Assembly (NCBI GenBank): GCA_946965045.2
Contig: OX337239.1
Coordinates: 62,001 to 126,000 of the forward strand
Direction of reading: 5' to 3'
Source of the DNA: Epithemia pelagica
Lineage: Eukaryota; Protista; Bacillariophyta
Length of the DNA stretch: 64,000 nt
This document shows positions 11,019 through 23,200 of the stretch, piece by piece. Below the pieces are notes generated by a model. The model did not search any database and was not told where the DNA came from. It worked only from the letters and a program-made list of their open reading frames with translations. How positions within the stretch are numbered: the first letter of the stretch is position 1; each line of letters starts with the position of its first letter. The translations under genes and the position numbers were made by a program.

Positions 11019-12194
11019 ATGAACTGTTGGGAGGAAGGGCGTCTGTCTGGACTTGTGTTGGGAGAAAGTCATATCGGACAACCACCCCAATGGACGAAGG
11101 AGAAAGAAGAAGGATGGCCTCGAGATGTGAAATTACCACATGGACACGCATTGGTGGTGGTGTATCAAACCGACCGAAATCCCAAGGAGGAAATCGTGGC
11201 CTTAGTGGGAGGCGAAACCGATGACAACAAACGTACTTCTGTGTTTCTGCTAACAGGTATGGCGGATGGGCGACAAGAAGGAAGGAATTGGCAAGAAGGA
11301 CCACCAATGAATCAAGGGAGGATCTTTCTATCCGCTATCGTTTGTAATGGCTTCGTCTATGCGATTGGAGGACTCGATGACAACCGATCATATTTGGACA
11401 CTGTGGAACGGATTAGGCTGGTGGAATTGATATCTTCCTCCTCCACAAGTACCAAGAGCTCTTTTCGGGAAAATGGTAACAACTACGAGAAAGTGTGGGA
11501 GACATTGAAATATCGTTTGACGGATCCGAGACGCGATTGCTGTGCTGTGGTGGTTCACAATAGGTACATTCTTGTTGCTGGTGGACTATCTTGGTACTCT
11601 TCTCTGTCGTCGGTAGACATTATTGATACAGCCACAAGTAAACAAGGAACAAGCGATCCTTGTTGCATATTTCCGGGCCCACGCTTGACGGGTCCTCGTA
11701 CAGACTGTGCAATGGAAGTCCTTGGCCAGCGTGTATATGTCGTTTGTGGTTATGGTTACAATGTCGAGTATCTGGATTTGAACGACTCTGGCAAAGGTAC
11801 AGACAATAAGAGCACGTACTCGTCCTTGTTTTGGTCCGGTTTGTCATGGACGAAACACAAAGAATTGAAACTCTTTGACTGTCGTTGGTGCCATGCAGTG
11901 GTACGAGTTGGATCATGCCTAGTCGGGACAATTTTTTGTGGTACTAATGATACCTGTAATACTGAAAATATTGTGATTTTGGATACCAAACGCAAAAATG
12001 TCTGGACCCTTCCACACCGAATGTCTTGTTACATATCCGTGCACATCGGGGTTACCCATTCCAATGGAATTGTTGCCATGGGTTTCGCGACAAAGGCTTC
12101 TTCTTGCTACGAACTTACCTTTTACAAGGAAAGACTGCCATTGATGGACAAGAACTCTGCTCTCTTTTTGCGGCTGTTGGAAAAGCCGCATTAG
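11019..12194 (+). CDS. Kelch-repeat beta-propeller protein (family A, copy 1)
   Basis: 391 aa. Motifs: EEGRLSGLVLG, VALVGG, WQEGPPMNQGR..LSAIVCNGFVYAIGG, YILVAGG, GPRL..PR...MEVLGQRVYVV and H.VVRVGSCLV. Confidence 0.9.
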   Translation: MNCWEEGRLSGLVLGESHIGQPPQWTKEKEEGWPRDVKLPHGHALVVVYQTDRNPKEEIVALVGGETDDNKRTSVFLLTGMADGRQEGRNWQEGPPMNQGRIFLSAIVCNGFVYAIGGLDDNRSYLDTVERIRLVELISSSSTSTKSSFRENGNNYEKVWETLKYRLTDPRRDCCAVVVHNRYILVAGGLSWYSSLSSVDIIDTATSKQGTSDPCCIFPGPRLTGPRTDCAMEVLGQRVYVVCGYGYNVEYLDLNDSGKGTDNKSTYSSLFWSGLSWTKHKELKLFDCRWCHAVVRVGSCLVGTIFCGTNDTCNTENIVILDTKRKNVWTLPHRMSCYISVHIGVTHSNGIVAMGFATKASSCYELTFYKERLPLMDKNSALFLRLLEKPH

Positions 12195-13506
12195 GTGGAA
12201 ACTAGAAAGCAAGTCTAGCTATTTGTTCGTATCCTGCGGCTGTTGGAAACGCCGCATTTGGTGGGAAGCAATCAAGTCGACTATGAGATATAGCTGCCTT
12301 GTGTGTGTGTCATTGCGTGTTTATAGAGTAGATTTGTTGTATGGATTGACGGGTTACACCAAACGCAACTCTGTTATCGACAAAAAAGTGCACGATTAGG
12401 TTTGTGTTGGACCGTTGTTGCAATGGCCCGTGTGGTCAATGGTACGGTACTGGAACTCAAAGAAAGAGAGCGTGGTCTCATGAGGAAAGTCTTTCTTGGT
12501 CACCAGACAAAACCAAAACAGAAAAGATCGATAGATGTTCTTGGGGATCACCCACTACGCTTGCACCGTTCACAAACTGGTGAGAAATCCTGGCTCTTGT
12601 GTATTGCAGTTTGGTCTTGTTGCTTGTTATTTTTGTTCTCCGTCCGGAAAGTATCCAGAACACCCGCAATCGCCACCCTCACCCATGTTTGTTCGAACTA
12701 TATTTACTTCAGTATATTGGCTTCCCAACCCTCGTCGGATTGTTCTGTATCGTCATTTTGGACTTGCTATTCCATGTTCCCGTGCCTTTTTCTTACATGG
12801 ATCCCTAACACCGCCGCGCTCATTCTCGTTGTTACACGATCTCCATGGACCTTCCAATGGGTAGACGCTCCTTGTTCACAACTTGGTCTTGGTCCTGCTT
12901 CCCATGAATGCGATCGGTGGAGGGAACTTCTCCTACCGCCAGATTACTGTTGTTACAGTCAGAGAATCGAGAGTGGAGTAGCATCCAGCTTGGACGAGTC
13001 GAATGATGACGGCCTATGGTACACCATATTATGAGGCGGGAGCAAGAGGAGAGCTTCCCATGAATCAGCACCTTGCTGGTTGTATCCATTCTTGTGGTCG
13101 TCGTCAAGGCGGAAGGACGATCTATGATTTCCACACGTTTCTTAGGAGTCGATATTGTTCCAGTGCTTGTCACGTTGGTCATTCCTTACTCCTATGAATC
13201 TTTCGTGCTCAACAGATAGAACGTCGAGTGTCGAGTCCCACTTGTACTTGAACAATGACTTCTTGTTTCGACCAAAGTTAGAAACGTATTGGACGTCTGG
13301 GTTTAGATGGCATGTGGACGTCCTACGGGTTTTCATCCTTCATGCGATCTATCTGCGTCTCATGGACCTTGCTTTACACAAAAATCCCATTTCGTCCATC
13401 GCGATGGCCGCGTTCTCCTGTTCACTTTGCGTTGTGGAGTGAGCGACAGAATCGGACCGAGGACGCTCTCGTACTTGTCATTTCTACCAACAGAACATAT
13501 TTCACA

Positions 13507-14751
13507 ATGAACTGTTGGGAGGAAGCGCGTCTGTCGGGACTTGTGTTGGGAGAAAGTCATATCGGACAACCACCCCTATGGATATGGAAAAAGGAGAAAG
13601 AAGAGGGATTGCCTCGAGATGTGGTTAACCAAATACCACATGGACACGCAATGGTGGTGGTGTATCCAACCGACCGAAATCCCAAGGAGGAAATAGTGGT
13701 CTTAGTGGGAGGCGGAACCGATTACAACAAACGTAATTCTGTGCTTCTTCTAAAAGATATAGAGGATGAACGACGTGCAACGCATTGGCAAGAAGGACCA
13801 CCATTGAATCAAGGGAGGATCTTTCTATCCGCTGTCGTTTGTAATGGCCACGTTTACGCAATTGGAGGACATGGTGACATCACTTCTTCCGTGGACACTG
13901 TGGAACGGATTGGTCTAGAGGACTTGCTTTCTTCCTCCTCGACAAGTTCCAAGAGTACTTTTCGGGACAATGGTGACATCCAAAAGACAAAGTGGGAGAC
14001 ATTAAAATGTCGTTTGTCGTCTCCGAGGCTTGATTCTTCGACTGTGGTGGTTCACAACAGGTACATTCTCGTCGTTGGGGGAAAAAGTCGGCTCGGTGAT
14101 GCTAGTCTTTTGTCGGTTGACATTATTGATACAGCCACAAGTGAACAAGGGTCGACCGATCCTTGTTGCATATTCTCGGGCCCACCCTTGACAGTTCCTC
14201 GTACAAGGTTTGGAATGGAAGTCGTTGAAGGGCGTGTGTATGTCGTTGGTGGTTGCTATTCGCACAGTTCCCATATTTGCGACTCGGTCGAGTATCTCGA
14301 TTTATCCGATTCTGGCCACGGTGTAGACAACAAGATTACATTGTCCTCCAAGGTTTGGTCCGGTTTGTCCTGGACGAAACACAAAGAATTGAAACTCTTT
14401 GACTGTCGTTCGGATCATGCAATCGTCCGAGTTGGATCATGCCTTGTCGTTTCCGGAGGGACAATTTATCGTGGTAATGGCTGTGTCAAGGGGGCTGGGA
14501 CCATTGAGATTTTGGATACCAAACGCAACAAGGTCTGGAAGCTTCCCCTCCGAACGCCTTGTTGCGGATTCAGGCACAGCCTGGTTACCCGTTCCAATGG
14601 GATTGTTGCCATGGGTTTCGTGGCAAAGGGTTCTTCTCGGAACGAATTCACATTTTACAAGGAAAGGCTGCCATTGACAGACAAGAAGTCTTCTCTCTTT
14701 TTGCGGCTTTTGGAAAAGCCGAATTTGGTGGAAACTAGCAAGCAAGTCTAG
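13507..14751 (+). CDS. Kelch-repeat beta-propeller protein (family A, copy 2)
   Basis: ATG at 13507 (MNCWEEARLSGLVLG) aligns with the copy 1 start, and the Kelch motifs match throughout. Confidence 0.9.
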   Translation: MNCWEEARLSGLVLGESHIGQPPLWIWKKEKEEGLPRDVVNQIPHGHAMVVVYPTDRNPKEEIVVLVGGGTDYNKRNSVLLLKDIEDERRATHWQEGPPLNQGRIFLSAVVCNGHVYAIGGHGDITSSVDTVERIGLEDLLSSSSTSSKSTFRDNGDIQKTKWETLKCRLSSPRLDSSTVVVHNRYILVVGGKSRLGDASLLSVDIIDTATSEQGSTDPCCIFSGPPLTVPRTRFGMEVVEGRVYVVGGCYSHSSHICDSVEYLDLSDSGHGVDNKITLSSKVWSGLSWTKHKELKLFDCRSDHAIVRVGSCLVVSGGTIYRGNGCVKGAGTIEILDTKRNKVWKLPLRTPCCGFRHSLVTRSNGIVAMGFVAKGSSRNEFTFYKERLPLTDKKSSLFLRLLEKPNLVETSKQV

Positions 14752-16419
14752 TTACATGTTCTTTTTCTCAGTCCGGAATGTATATTGAGCACTACCCGCA
14801 ATCGCCACCCGCCGCACCCATGTTGGTTGCCCCATCTGCCGAGATGCAACCGTGTTGATCGAACTACTATAGACACTTGGTTAGATTGGCGTCCCAACCC
14901 TCGTCGGATTGTTCTGCTTCGTCTTGTTTGGGGACTGGATGCTGATGATTCATGGTCCTGTGCCATGTCCCTCCATGAATGCCACCACCGCGCGCTGTGT
15001 ATAGTAGTAGTATAGGATCGTGTCACAGTCTCGTTCCTGCACCATCACCCAGGAACGCCCCAAAGTACTCTGTACACGACACTTCTTGTTCCCAAAACTT
15101 GGTCTTGTTCCTGCTTTTGAGTGGTAAAACCGTGTCTCCCACGCAAGAAGAATACTGTTGTGTAGTAGAGTTTGTAGTGAGAGAGAATCGAGAGAGAGAG
15201 AGAGAGTGGAGCATGACATTTGGACGACGCGACGAGGTTTGGATGCGACGACTGTGCGCGCGAGCGCACAACAAGCGGAGACCGACCCATGAACCAGCAC
15301 ACTGATGCCTGGTGGTCTCAATTCTTGTCGTCATCGTCGTCGCCGCCAAGACGGAAGAACGATTCACTTGCGGTGTTTGTTGACCAGTCCTAGGAGTCGT
15401 TCGTGCTTCCGCTCCTTACGTGTTTGTTGTATGGTCCATGGTCCACTCTTCTCGTGCTGCCATCGATGGTGGTGGGCATTCGGAAGAAAAAAAATGGAAC
15501 GCGTCTGGAAAGACACGGGGTATTCCTTATGCTTATGCCCCTTTTCTTGGCCAGTGAATGAGAGCACGAGTACAATCGGCAATCGGGCGTCACACGCAAC
15601 AAGCCAATAACAAAGATGGAACAAGGGGCACAGATCGAATTTTGCCGGCCATACTTTAGTCCAATATTTCAAAGTGTATATCTTAATTTGGCGAGGCATA
15701 TATTGAACCAATCGAAAGAGCATTCAAAGACGAGTTGATCTATGTAACGAACTCAAATTGGGACCCCTCTGAAATATCCGTGCCCACAATGGAAACAGTC
15801 TTACATACACAACACCCCAAAAAGTCTCTTTTTTGGCTGAATCGGCGCCAATATTGTGATTGTTGTTGTGACGGAGCGTGTGAGAACGAGAGATTGAACG
15901 TTGCGCTCAACTCCCAACAAAAGAGAAGAGAAGAAAAGAAAAGAAGTGCGGTGTCGGACCACCAAAAGAGGCCAGTGTTCAAGAGTCCTTTTGTTTTCTT
16001 ACAGGGGCGGCTCGTCGTTGTCGTTTCGTCTCGTGCCACAAAACAACAACACCCACAGTGGTTCGCAAGTACCAACGGATTCCTGGACCAACAAAAAGGA
16101 AAGAGTCCTAGCAGTAGTACTCGATTGAAGAGCTGGCTGTGGAGACAGCCTTGTTGCAAACTTGTGGTGGTGGTGGTAGGTAGTAAGGGTGGAAAATAAG
16201 AGGAATCGTTTGAGTGTTGGTTGTTCCGGATCGAACGGAAGGCCACACTGGCATTTCGCACCGACTGTGGAGTTGTTGTTTGGTTCCATGACTCGTTTCT
16301 TACATTGACGTTCTATACTGCTTTGTTCATGGTTGCGTTTGTTGTGATGAAGAGACCAAACTTGTTGAACGAAGCAACACCAGTGGCACTAGTGTGTGAT
16401 TCTTCCAGTCCAGAGACCA

Positions 16420-18402
16420 ATGACCATGAGTTTCTTGGGATCCTCTCGAACGAGCGAATCACTGTTGGGGGATTCCAGTCCGGACCTTGTGAACGAGTCG
16501 TCGTCGTGGAGGAGGACCCTGTGGCGGAGCCTGGCCGAGGACACACCGACAACAATTACGGACAGTGACGACGACGAGGCCGACGAACCCAACACGGTGG
16601 GCACGGCCTTGTCCTACATCTTTTTATTCTTTTTAATTTTTGGTCTGAGTGCCACGGTGGAAATCAAAAATCTCCAGAAACAATTGCAAAACAAGTTTGC
16701 CATTGCCACGGGTGTGGCCATGCAGTTTGTGATCATGCCCATTTTGGGATTTCTCGCCGTCCTGACGCTGGACCGTCAAGAAGGATGGACGCAAGAAATG
16801 GGCGTCGCACTCCTTGTTGTTACCTCCTCTCCCGGCGGCAGTTACTCGAATTGGTGGTGCAGTTTGTTCAATGCCGATTTGGCCCTGTCCGTGGCCATGA
16901 CGACCGTCTCCAGTTTGTTGAGCATGGCCATGCTGCCCCTCAACTTGTTTCTCTACACCTTTTTGGCCTATGGTCGCAGTGAAGAAGAGTCGGTCGTTCA
17001 AGCCTTGGACTTTGGCACCATTTTCTTGGCCCTGGGCATTGTGCTGGTGGCCATTTTGTCGGGTCTCTGGGCCGGATACCGCAACGATACCCGAGCCTTT
17101 CATGTCATGGCCAATCGATTGGGCAGTCTGTCGGGACTCTTGCTCGTCTTGTTTTCCGTCTTTCTTAGCAGCGGCGCCGACGGCGCCGAAAACAATTTTT
17201 GGAATCAAGATTGGGCCTTTTATGTCGGTGTGGCCTTTCCCTGTTTGGTTGGCATTGCCTTGGCCAATGTGATTGCCCGGAGTTTGCGCTTGGCGCCGCC
17301 GGAAACCGTGGCCATTTCCATTGAATGCTGTTACCAAAATACCGGCATTGCCACGTCCGTGGCCATTGCCATGTACGACGACAAGGAAGAACGAGCCCAA
17401 GCCGTGGCCGTTCCCCTCTTTTATGGTGTCGTGGAAGCCGTGGCCATTGCCATTTATTGTGTCTGGGCCTGGAAGGTCGGATGGACCAAGGCACCGCGGG
17501 ATGAAAAACTCTGTGTCGTACTGGCCAATACCTATGAAGGCATGGAACCAGAGGACAATGACGACCAAGCGGCCGTGGCGGCGGCGAATGGAGACGAAGC
17601 AATGGAGGAGTACAATGATCCTTCCATGGCCTCGACACGATTCCAGGATGATGCCGTACATCTTGGGTTGAGTAATCGGACCAACATTGCCGAACAGGAT
17701 GAGATTCCCGAAAAAGCCGGAACCAGCAGAGTGTCGTTTTGGAGACGATTGTGGGGTGGTCGAACCCATTGTAATGAGACAAACAAACAGGAAACCAACA
17801 AGGCTCCCTTTCGCAACGATGTGGCGCTGGCCGAGGCCATGGGGACGATTCCCGCGTCTTCGCTGGCCGCCGTAGAACAACAAGACGAGGCAGCGGCACT
17901 GGGGGCGTCGTCGTCACCGTCCAAGGCTTGTAGTACTACCAGCAAGGCAGCACATTCTCCGGCCCGCCTTCGGACGCTCACCATGGAAACCAGTGCCAGT
18001 AGTTCGGCCAGTTCGGATCGAGGAGGACCGCAAACTCCCGTGCCACGACGCGACGAAACGAGTCCATCCTCCACAACCACAACCACAACCACAACCACAA
18101 CCCCACCACCTGCCACGACAACAACAACGGATGTGTCCTGGGCACATTTGAACATGCCCAACGACGACCACCATCATCAGTCTCCTGCTGGTGTACTAGC
18201 GCAAGCTGCCACACTGGCATCCTCCATGGAACACTCCAATTTGTCTCCCGCCTACCAACCGCAGGAATCATCGCCATCATCATCGCCAGTACCATTGCCA
18301 GTCATGTCCACATCGTACGACGAGGATCAATTGGAGGGAGTCGAGGTATCCAACTTTGTAACACCGGCTTCCACCATGGATGAGCAAGATGACCATGTCT
18401 AA
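16420..18402 (+). CDS. Bile acid:Na+ symporter (BASS/SLC10) family transporter with a long disordered C-terminal tail
   Basis: Multiple TM helices, with IFGLSATV, GVAMQFVIMP, SPGGSYSNWW..LFNADLALSVAMTT.S and ECCYQNTGIA. The first ATG is at 16420. Confidence 0.88.
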   Translation: MTMSFLGSSRTSESLLGDSSPDLVNESSSWRRTLWRSLAEDTPTTITDSDDDEADEPNTVGTALSYIFLFFLIFGLSATVEIKNLQKQLQNKFAIATGVAMQFVIMPILGFLAVLTLDRQEGWTQEMGVALLVVTSSPGGSYSNWWCSLFNADLALSVAMTTVSSLLSMAMLPLNLFLYTFLAYGRSEEESVVQALDFGTIFLALGIVLVAILSGLWAGYRNDTRAFHVMANRLGSLSGLLLVLFSVFLSSGADGAENNFWNQDWAFYVGVAFPCLVGIALANVIARSLRLAPPETVAISIECCYQNTGIATSVAIAMYDDKEERAQAVAVPLFYGVVEAVAIAIYCVWAWKVGWTKAPRDEKLCVVLANTYEGMEPEDNDDQAAVAAANGDEAMEEYNDPSMASTRFQDDAVHLGLSNRTNIAEQDEIPEKAGTSRVSFWRRLWGGRTHCNETNKQETNKAPFRNDVALAEAMGTIPASSLAAVEQQDEAAALGASSSPSKACSTTSKAAHSPARLRTLTMETSASSSASSDRGGPQTPVPRRDETSPSSTTTTTTTTTTPPPATTTTTDVSWAHLNMPNDDHHHQSPAGVLAQAATLASSMEHSNLSPAYQPQESSPSSSPVPLPVMSTSYDEDQLEGVEVSNFVTPASTMDEQDDHV

Positions 18403-19166
18403 TACAACGAAACGGAATGGAGCTTGTTTCGTTGTTGGACCAACACGACGCACTCTCTTTTGTTGGCAGATGAAACACAAACCAATCACTCTGGGGCCGG
18501 AAATCGACCCATGCCGAAACGTCCATGGGATGGGTATATATACATGCTTGTAGAAATTATAGATTTGTGGTGTGTAGTACACAAGAGCAGCTCTCGAGTG
18601 TTTGACACCCGCAGCATGTGTGTGTGGTTGCGGGGTCCATCAATTCAACTCTGTTTTAGAAACACCAAACTACCGACACACTTGTGCTACCATTTCTTCA
18701 TGGTTTGGTCTCACATTGTATTATTCTTCTACTCGGTCGCCGCGGATGAAACATGGGTTCTCGACTTGTTACACTTCTTTTATCATGGATGTTCTCTGTA
18801 CTACGTTTTGTTCCGAACCGCAAGATTCGATTTGTCCTTTCCATATGTTGTACTAGTGGCACTTGGAACGAACAAGTACCGTATAGATCCATGACTTCCT
18901 CTTCTCAAAACGACTCTACAAGCAAGCAGTGTTTGTTTTTTCTTATACAACGATTCGTATTAAAGTGTGTTTCTACGATGGCAGTTTCGGGTGTCACTGT
19001 CATCTTCCCGTCAGGAGTGGTAGGTAGCAGAAGCGTCGGTGTTTCGTTTGGGAACCAACACCACAGATGCTGGCCCACCCAACGACCCCCTTCCGACGCT
19101 GGCCCAACGACGGACGACCACCATCATCTGTGGACCATCCTCTTCATCATATGGTTTCTGGATTCG

Positions 19167-19658
19167 TTAGGCCTTGGAAAATCCCAATCCATTTTCTTCT
19201 CCATATCGTTCCATGAATCGCATGAATCGATCCCAGGCATCGGGGGAGGTCATGACATAGACGGCGGTAATACTTTGCGGTTTGCCATTGGTAAAGCGGG
19301 CATTCACGTCCGTCGTGGACAATTCGCCTTCTTCGTCTTCCAAAAACATGCCGGTAATTTCCCCTTGCGTTTGTGTCGAGGCATCAAACACATTGGGGTT
19401 GTCAAAGGTAAAGGTGGCCACACCGGAACTGCCATCGCGCGCCCGTGTCAATTTCACGTCGGGAATCACTTTTTCATCCAAACCACGCACAAATTGAATC
19501 GAAGCCGACAAGGCCATGGACGACCCTGGTCTGCTGCTGGAAGAATCGGTACTGGTTCTCGACGATTGGATGGTGGTTGTCGTTGAACGGGGGGCAAAAG
19601 CATGGACCGACCATGCCGAAATCAACCAGAACACAAGAGAGGAAGCAAAGGATTTCAT
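19167..19658 (-). CDS. psb28: Photosystem II assembly factor Psb28, nuclear-encoded with a bipartite presequence (163 aa)
   Basis: Mature part reads [31 protein letters not shown]...[12 protein letters not shown]...TDVNARF.NGKP...[12 protein letters not shown]. The signal peptide [20 protein letters not shown]|FAP is followed by a Ser/Thr-rich transit peptide. Confidence 0.95.
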   Translation of the reverse strand: MKSFASSLVFWLISAWSVHAFAPRSTTTTIQSSRTSTDSSSSRPGSSMALSASIQFVRGLDEKVIPDVKLTRARDGSSGVATFTFDNPNVFDASTQTQGEITGMFLEDEEGELSTTDVNARFTNGKPQSITAVYVMTSPDAWDRFMRFMERYGEENGLGFSKA

Positions 19659-20424
19659 GATGCAAAACGTTTCGTGTAGTGTTTGGTTGTGTGATGCTTG
19701 ATACGACAAGACAGTTTATGAACACAACAACGGAAAGAGAGGATGATGGTGGGATCCAAACTTAGTTGTTGGACGTGGCCTTTACGAGAGCAGTAGCAGG
19801 AATGAGTCAAAAGTGGACGGTGGCGGTGCAACAGTCAACACCCAATCGAACGGCAGATGGTTGTGTCGATTGCAAACTACAAACTACTGGCAGTCAGCAG
19901 AATGAATGATTAGCACAAAAATGATTGTTGTTGTGAAACCACCTTCGTCGTCCACACGACGTTTGCCATGCCATGTCATCGTGAACGATACGGGCAGACT
20001 CATTCCAGAAGTACGTGGCCATATGAAGACGCATCGTGGTCGCGTTTATAGAGGACACATAGTCTACCTCTCTGGAGTAGGAGTAGGTAGGAGTAGCTAT
20101 CTTAGCAAGGAGTATCTACCTGCCTCTACTAGGTAGTCCTACATAGCCATCACTCCTATCTGTCATTCTTTGACGTATATACTCCTAACACTCTAGCTAG
20201 CCTTACTCCTCTAGAATAATACAAGTCAATTCATCTACTCCTGTAACCCTGTACATGTCATATCAATCATAGAATCCCAAGTGTGTTAGTCTAGGACAGA
20301 TTCGTAATGTCTTTACGAAAACATCAAATCTCATGATATTCTCATGCATTCATTCTATGATGATTCGTGCAGATAGACAAACTCTGTCCTCCAACGAGGT
20401 CTCATGTGAGGGTAGAATAGACAA

Positions 20425-21642
20425 CTAGACTCGAGTGGTTTCCACCAAAGCAGGCTGTTCCAACAGGCGCCGAAACAGAACCGAGTGGTGGCCCATGAGT
20501 GGCAATGTTTCGCACCACATACTATTGCCGACACGCCCTCCAATATACACAATTCCAGCACGCCCTCCAATATACACAATTCCATTGGAAAGTGCAATGA
20601 TCCTGTGATTGTAATCCAAAAAACGCGAAGGGTGAGGAAGGTTCCAGACCTTGTTGCGTTTGACATCCAAAATCTCAATGATCCCAGGAAAATGACCAGC
20701 TTTCAAAAATGTCCCTCCGGAAACGACTAGGCATGATCCAACTCGGACTGTTGCATGATCCCAACGATACTCAGAGAGTTTCAAATGTTTGTGTTTGGTC
20801 CATGACAAACCGGACCAAAACTTGAAGGAGGATGTATTCTTCTTGTCTGTTGTACTTGGGTCGAAATCGTTCAAATCCAGATACTCGACCGAGTAGAGTC
20901 TGAAACCACCAACGACATAGACACGCTGGCCAATGATTTCCATTCCAAAGCTTTCACGAGGAACCGTCAAGGGTGAGCCCGAAAATATGCAACAAGGTTG
21001 TTCGCTTGCTTCGTCTGTACTTGTGGCTGTATCAATAATGTCAACCGACGACATTGTATAATTCAACCGACCTAGTCCACCAGCGACAAGAATGTACCTA
21101 TTGCGAACCACCACAGCTGAACAGTTGCGTCTCGGAGTCGACAAACGGCATTTCAATGTCTCCCACTTTTTCTCTGGCGTGTCACCATTGTCGCGAAACG
21201 TACTTTTGGTACTTGCGGAAGAAATCAAGTTCAGCAGACCAATCCGTTCCACAGTGTCTAAAAAGGAGTCGAAATACGAGTCCGTGAGTCCTCCAATCGC
21301 ATAAACGTGGCCATTACAAACGACTGCGGATAGAGAGTCCCTCCCTTGATTCAATGGTGCTCCTTCTTGCCAATGCCTGCCTTGTCGTCCATCCCCCATG
21401 CGCTTAAGAAGAAGAAGCACAGAAGTAAGTCTCTTGTCGTTGTCTCGTCCTCCCACTAAGACCACTATTTCCTCCTTGCTAGGATTATGGTTGCCTGGAT
21501 ACACCACCACCAATGCGTTTCCAATTGGTAATTTCACATCTCGAGGCCATTCTTCTTTCTCCGTATGACTCCATTGGGGTGTTCCGCTCGAAATTCCCCC
21601 CAACACAAGTCCAGACAGACGCGCTTCCTCCAAATAGTTCAT
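20425..21642 (-). CDS. Kelch-repeat beta-propeller protein (family A, copy 3)
   Basis: The start MNYLEEARLSGLVLG is at 21642 and the full Kelch motif set is present. A 27-bp in-frame duplication near the C-terminus gives GIVYIGGRA-GIVYIGGRV. Confidence 0.9.
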   Translation of the reverse strand: MNYLEEARLSGLVLGGISSGTPQWSHTEKEEWPRDVKLPIGNALVVVYPGNHNPSKEEIVVLVGGRDNDKRLTSVLLLLKRMGDGRQGRHWQEGAPLNQGRDSLSAVVCNGHVYAIGGLTDSYFDSFLDTVERIGLLNLISSASTKSTFRDNGDTPEKKWETLKCRLSTPRRNCSAVVVRNRYILVAGGLGRLNYTMSSVDIIDTATSTDEASEQPCCIFSGSPLTVPRESFGMEIIGQRVYVVGGFRLYSVEYLDLNDFDPSTTDKKNTSSFKFWSGLSWTKHKHLKLSEYRWDHATVRVGSCLVVSGGTFLKAGHFPGIIEILDVKRNKVWNLPHPSRFLDYNHRIIALSNGIVYIGGRAGIVYIGGRVGNSMWCETLPLMGHHSVLFRRLLEQPALVETTRV

Positions 21643-22519
21643 TGTTTCATATGTTCTGTTGGTAAAAACTGCCAAGTGCGAGAAATGTCGTGTCGTCCTC
21701 CTGGAGAGGACCAGCGAGACTGTCCAATTCTGTCGTTCTCTCAAAAACGTGAAGCGACTGTCCGTTCCAAAACGAAAGTCGCAGAGAACCACGCTGCGAG
21801 CACGCATGAAGCATGCCCACACTATTATATATTGTATTGTCATTTTCCCGACGAAGATCGCCGGCCAATCTCACCCCACGTACAAAATACAAAACGCTAC
21901 GCGCCATGGATGGGTCTTTGCGTATTGTACTTTCACAGAAGAACACGCAAGACCAATACTGTCGTTCTGTTTGGTTGGCACACGAAGGAATCAAGAACAT
22001 GGAGCAGCCAAAGGAGTGACTGAAAAACCAGAAAGCTACGTTCCGTTGCCATGAAAGATGGCGCTTCCAAAAGGTCGGGCTTCATTCAATAGAGAAAAAG
22101 AGAGTTGTGTGGAACATTGCGTTTGGTAAAGGTAGAACTCCCTAAATAGACGTGGCTCCTTCGTCCTCATTGGATTGCTATCTTTGGTACGACGACGACA
22201 ACGACGACAAGCATTGAGACCACCAGACAGTGTGCTGGTTCTCATGGATATATTTCTTCTCTTGCGCACGCGTTGCACACATGCTCATCCCAACCATGGG
22301 GTCCATCCTAGAGAGACCCGGATGATTCTTAAAGACGTTTCTCAAGAGACTTTAGTTTTTCCTTTACTGACTATCGGGAACAAACTACACATGGAGCAAT
22401 GTATTAGTTGGGATAACGGTGCAACACAAACCTGGGGGATAACAAAGTTGGGTTCGACGTAATCTGTCAGTCCATACATGTCTACTCCTCTCCTACGTCG
22501 AGCAGCTACATACACACGT

Positions 22520-23200
22520 CTAACTAGACTTGTTGTTAGCTTCCACCAAATGCGGTTTTTCCAACAGCCGCAGAAAGAGAGCAGAATTCTTGTCCATCAA
22601 TGGCAGTCGTTCCTCGTAAAAAGTAAATTCGGACCAAGAACACTTTCTCGCGAAACCTATGGCAGCAATTCCAATGGACCGGGGAACCATGATGTGCTTA
22701 GTTTCGGTAAAAGTGGTTTGGTGAAGAAGGGTCCAGACCTTGTTTCGTTTGGTATCCAAAACCTCAATGGTCCCGGCAGGCGAGAGACGACTAGAACGTG
22801 TCCTCCCTCCGGAAACGACTAGGCATGATCCAACTCGGACTGTTGCATGATCCCAACGATACTCAGAGAGTTTCAATTGTTTGTGTTTGGTCCACGACAA
22901 ACTGGACCATAACTTGGAGGACGATGTAATCTTGTTGTCTGTTGTACTTGGGCCAGAGTCGTTCAAATCCAGATACTCGACAGAGTCAACGTAACCACCA
23001 ACGACATACACACGCTGGCCAATGAATTCCATTGCAAAGCATTCACGAGGAATCGTCAAGGGTGGACCCGAAAATATGCTACAAGGCTCGTTTGTTCCTT
23101 GTGTAGGTGTTGATGTATCAATAATGTCAACCGACGTCAGAGTACCAGCGTACCAACCACGTTCACCAGCGACGAGAATGTACCTATTGTGAGCCACCAC
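22520..23200 (-). pseudogene. 5'-truncated Kelch family A copy (C-terminal half, closest to copy 5)
   Basis: It begins abruptly at CSVVVAHNRYILVAG next to a (CT)n/ctactcctagctag tract. The C-terminus and ~30 bp of 3' flank (cgagcagctacatacacacgtctaact) match 24200-24600. Confidence 0.75.

Noticed and set aside
10748-11022. Last ~90-130 aa of the 899-aa ORF as real protein
   Set aside because: It runs through sequence homologous to the 5' leaders of the other Kelch genes, and the domain-consistent ending is in the +1 frame.
16633-17883. 416-aa minus-strand ORF
   Set aside because: Antisense shadow of the BASS transporter, with no motifs.
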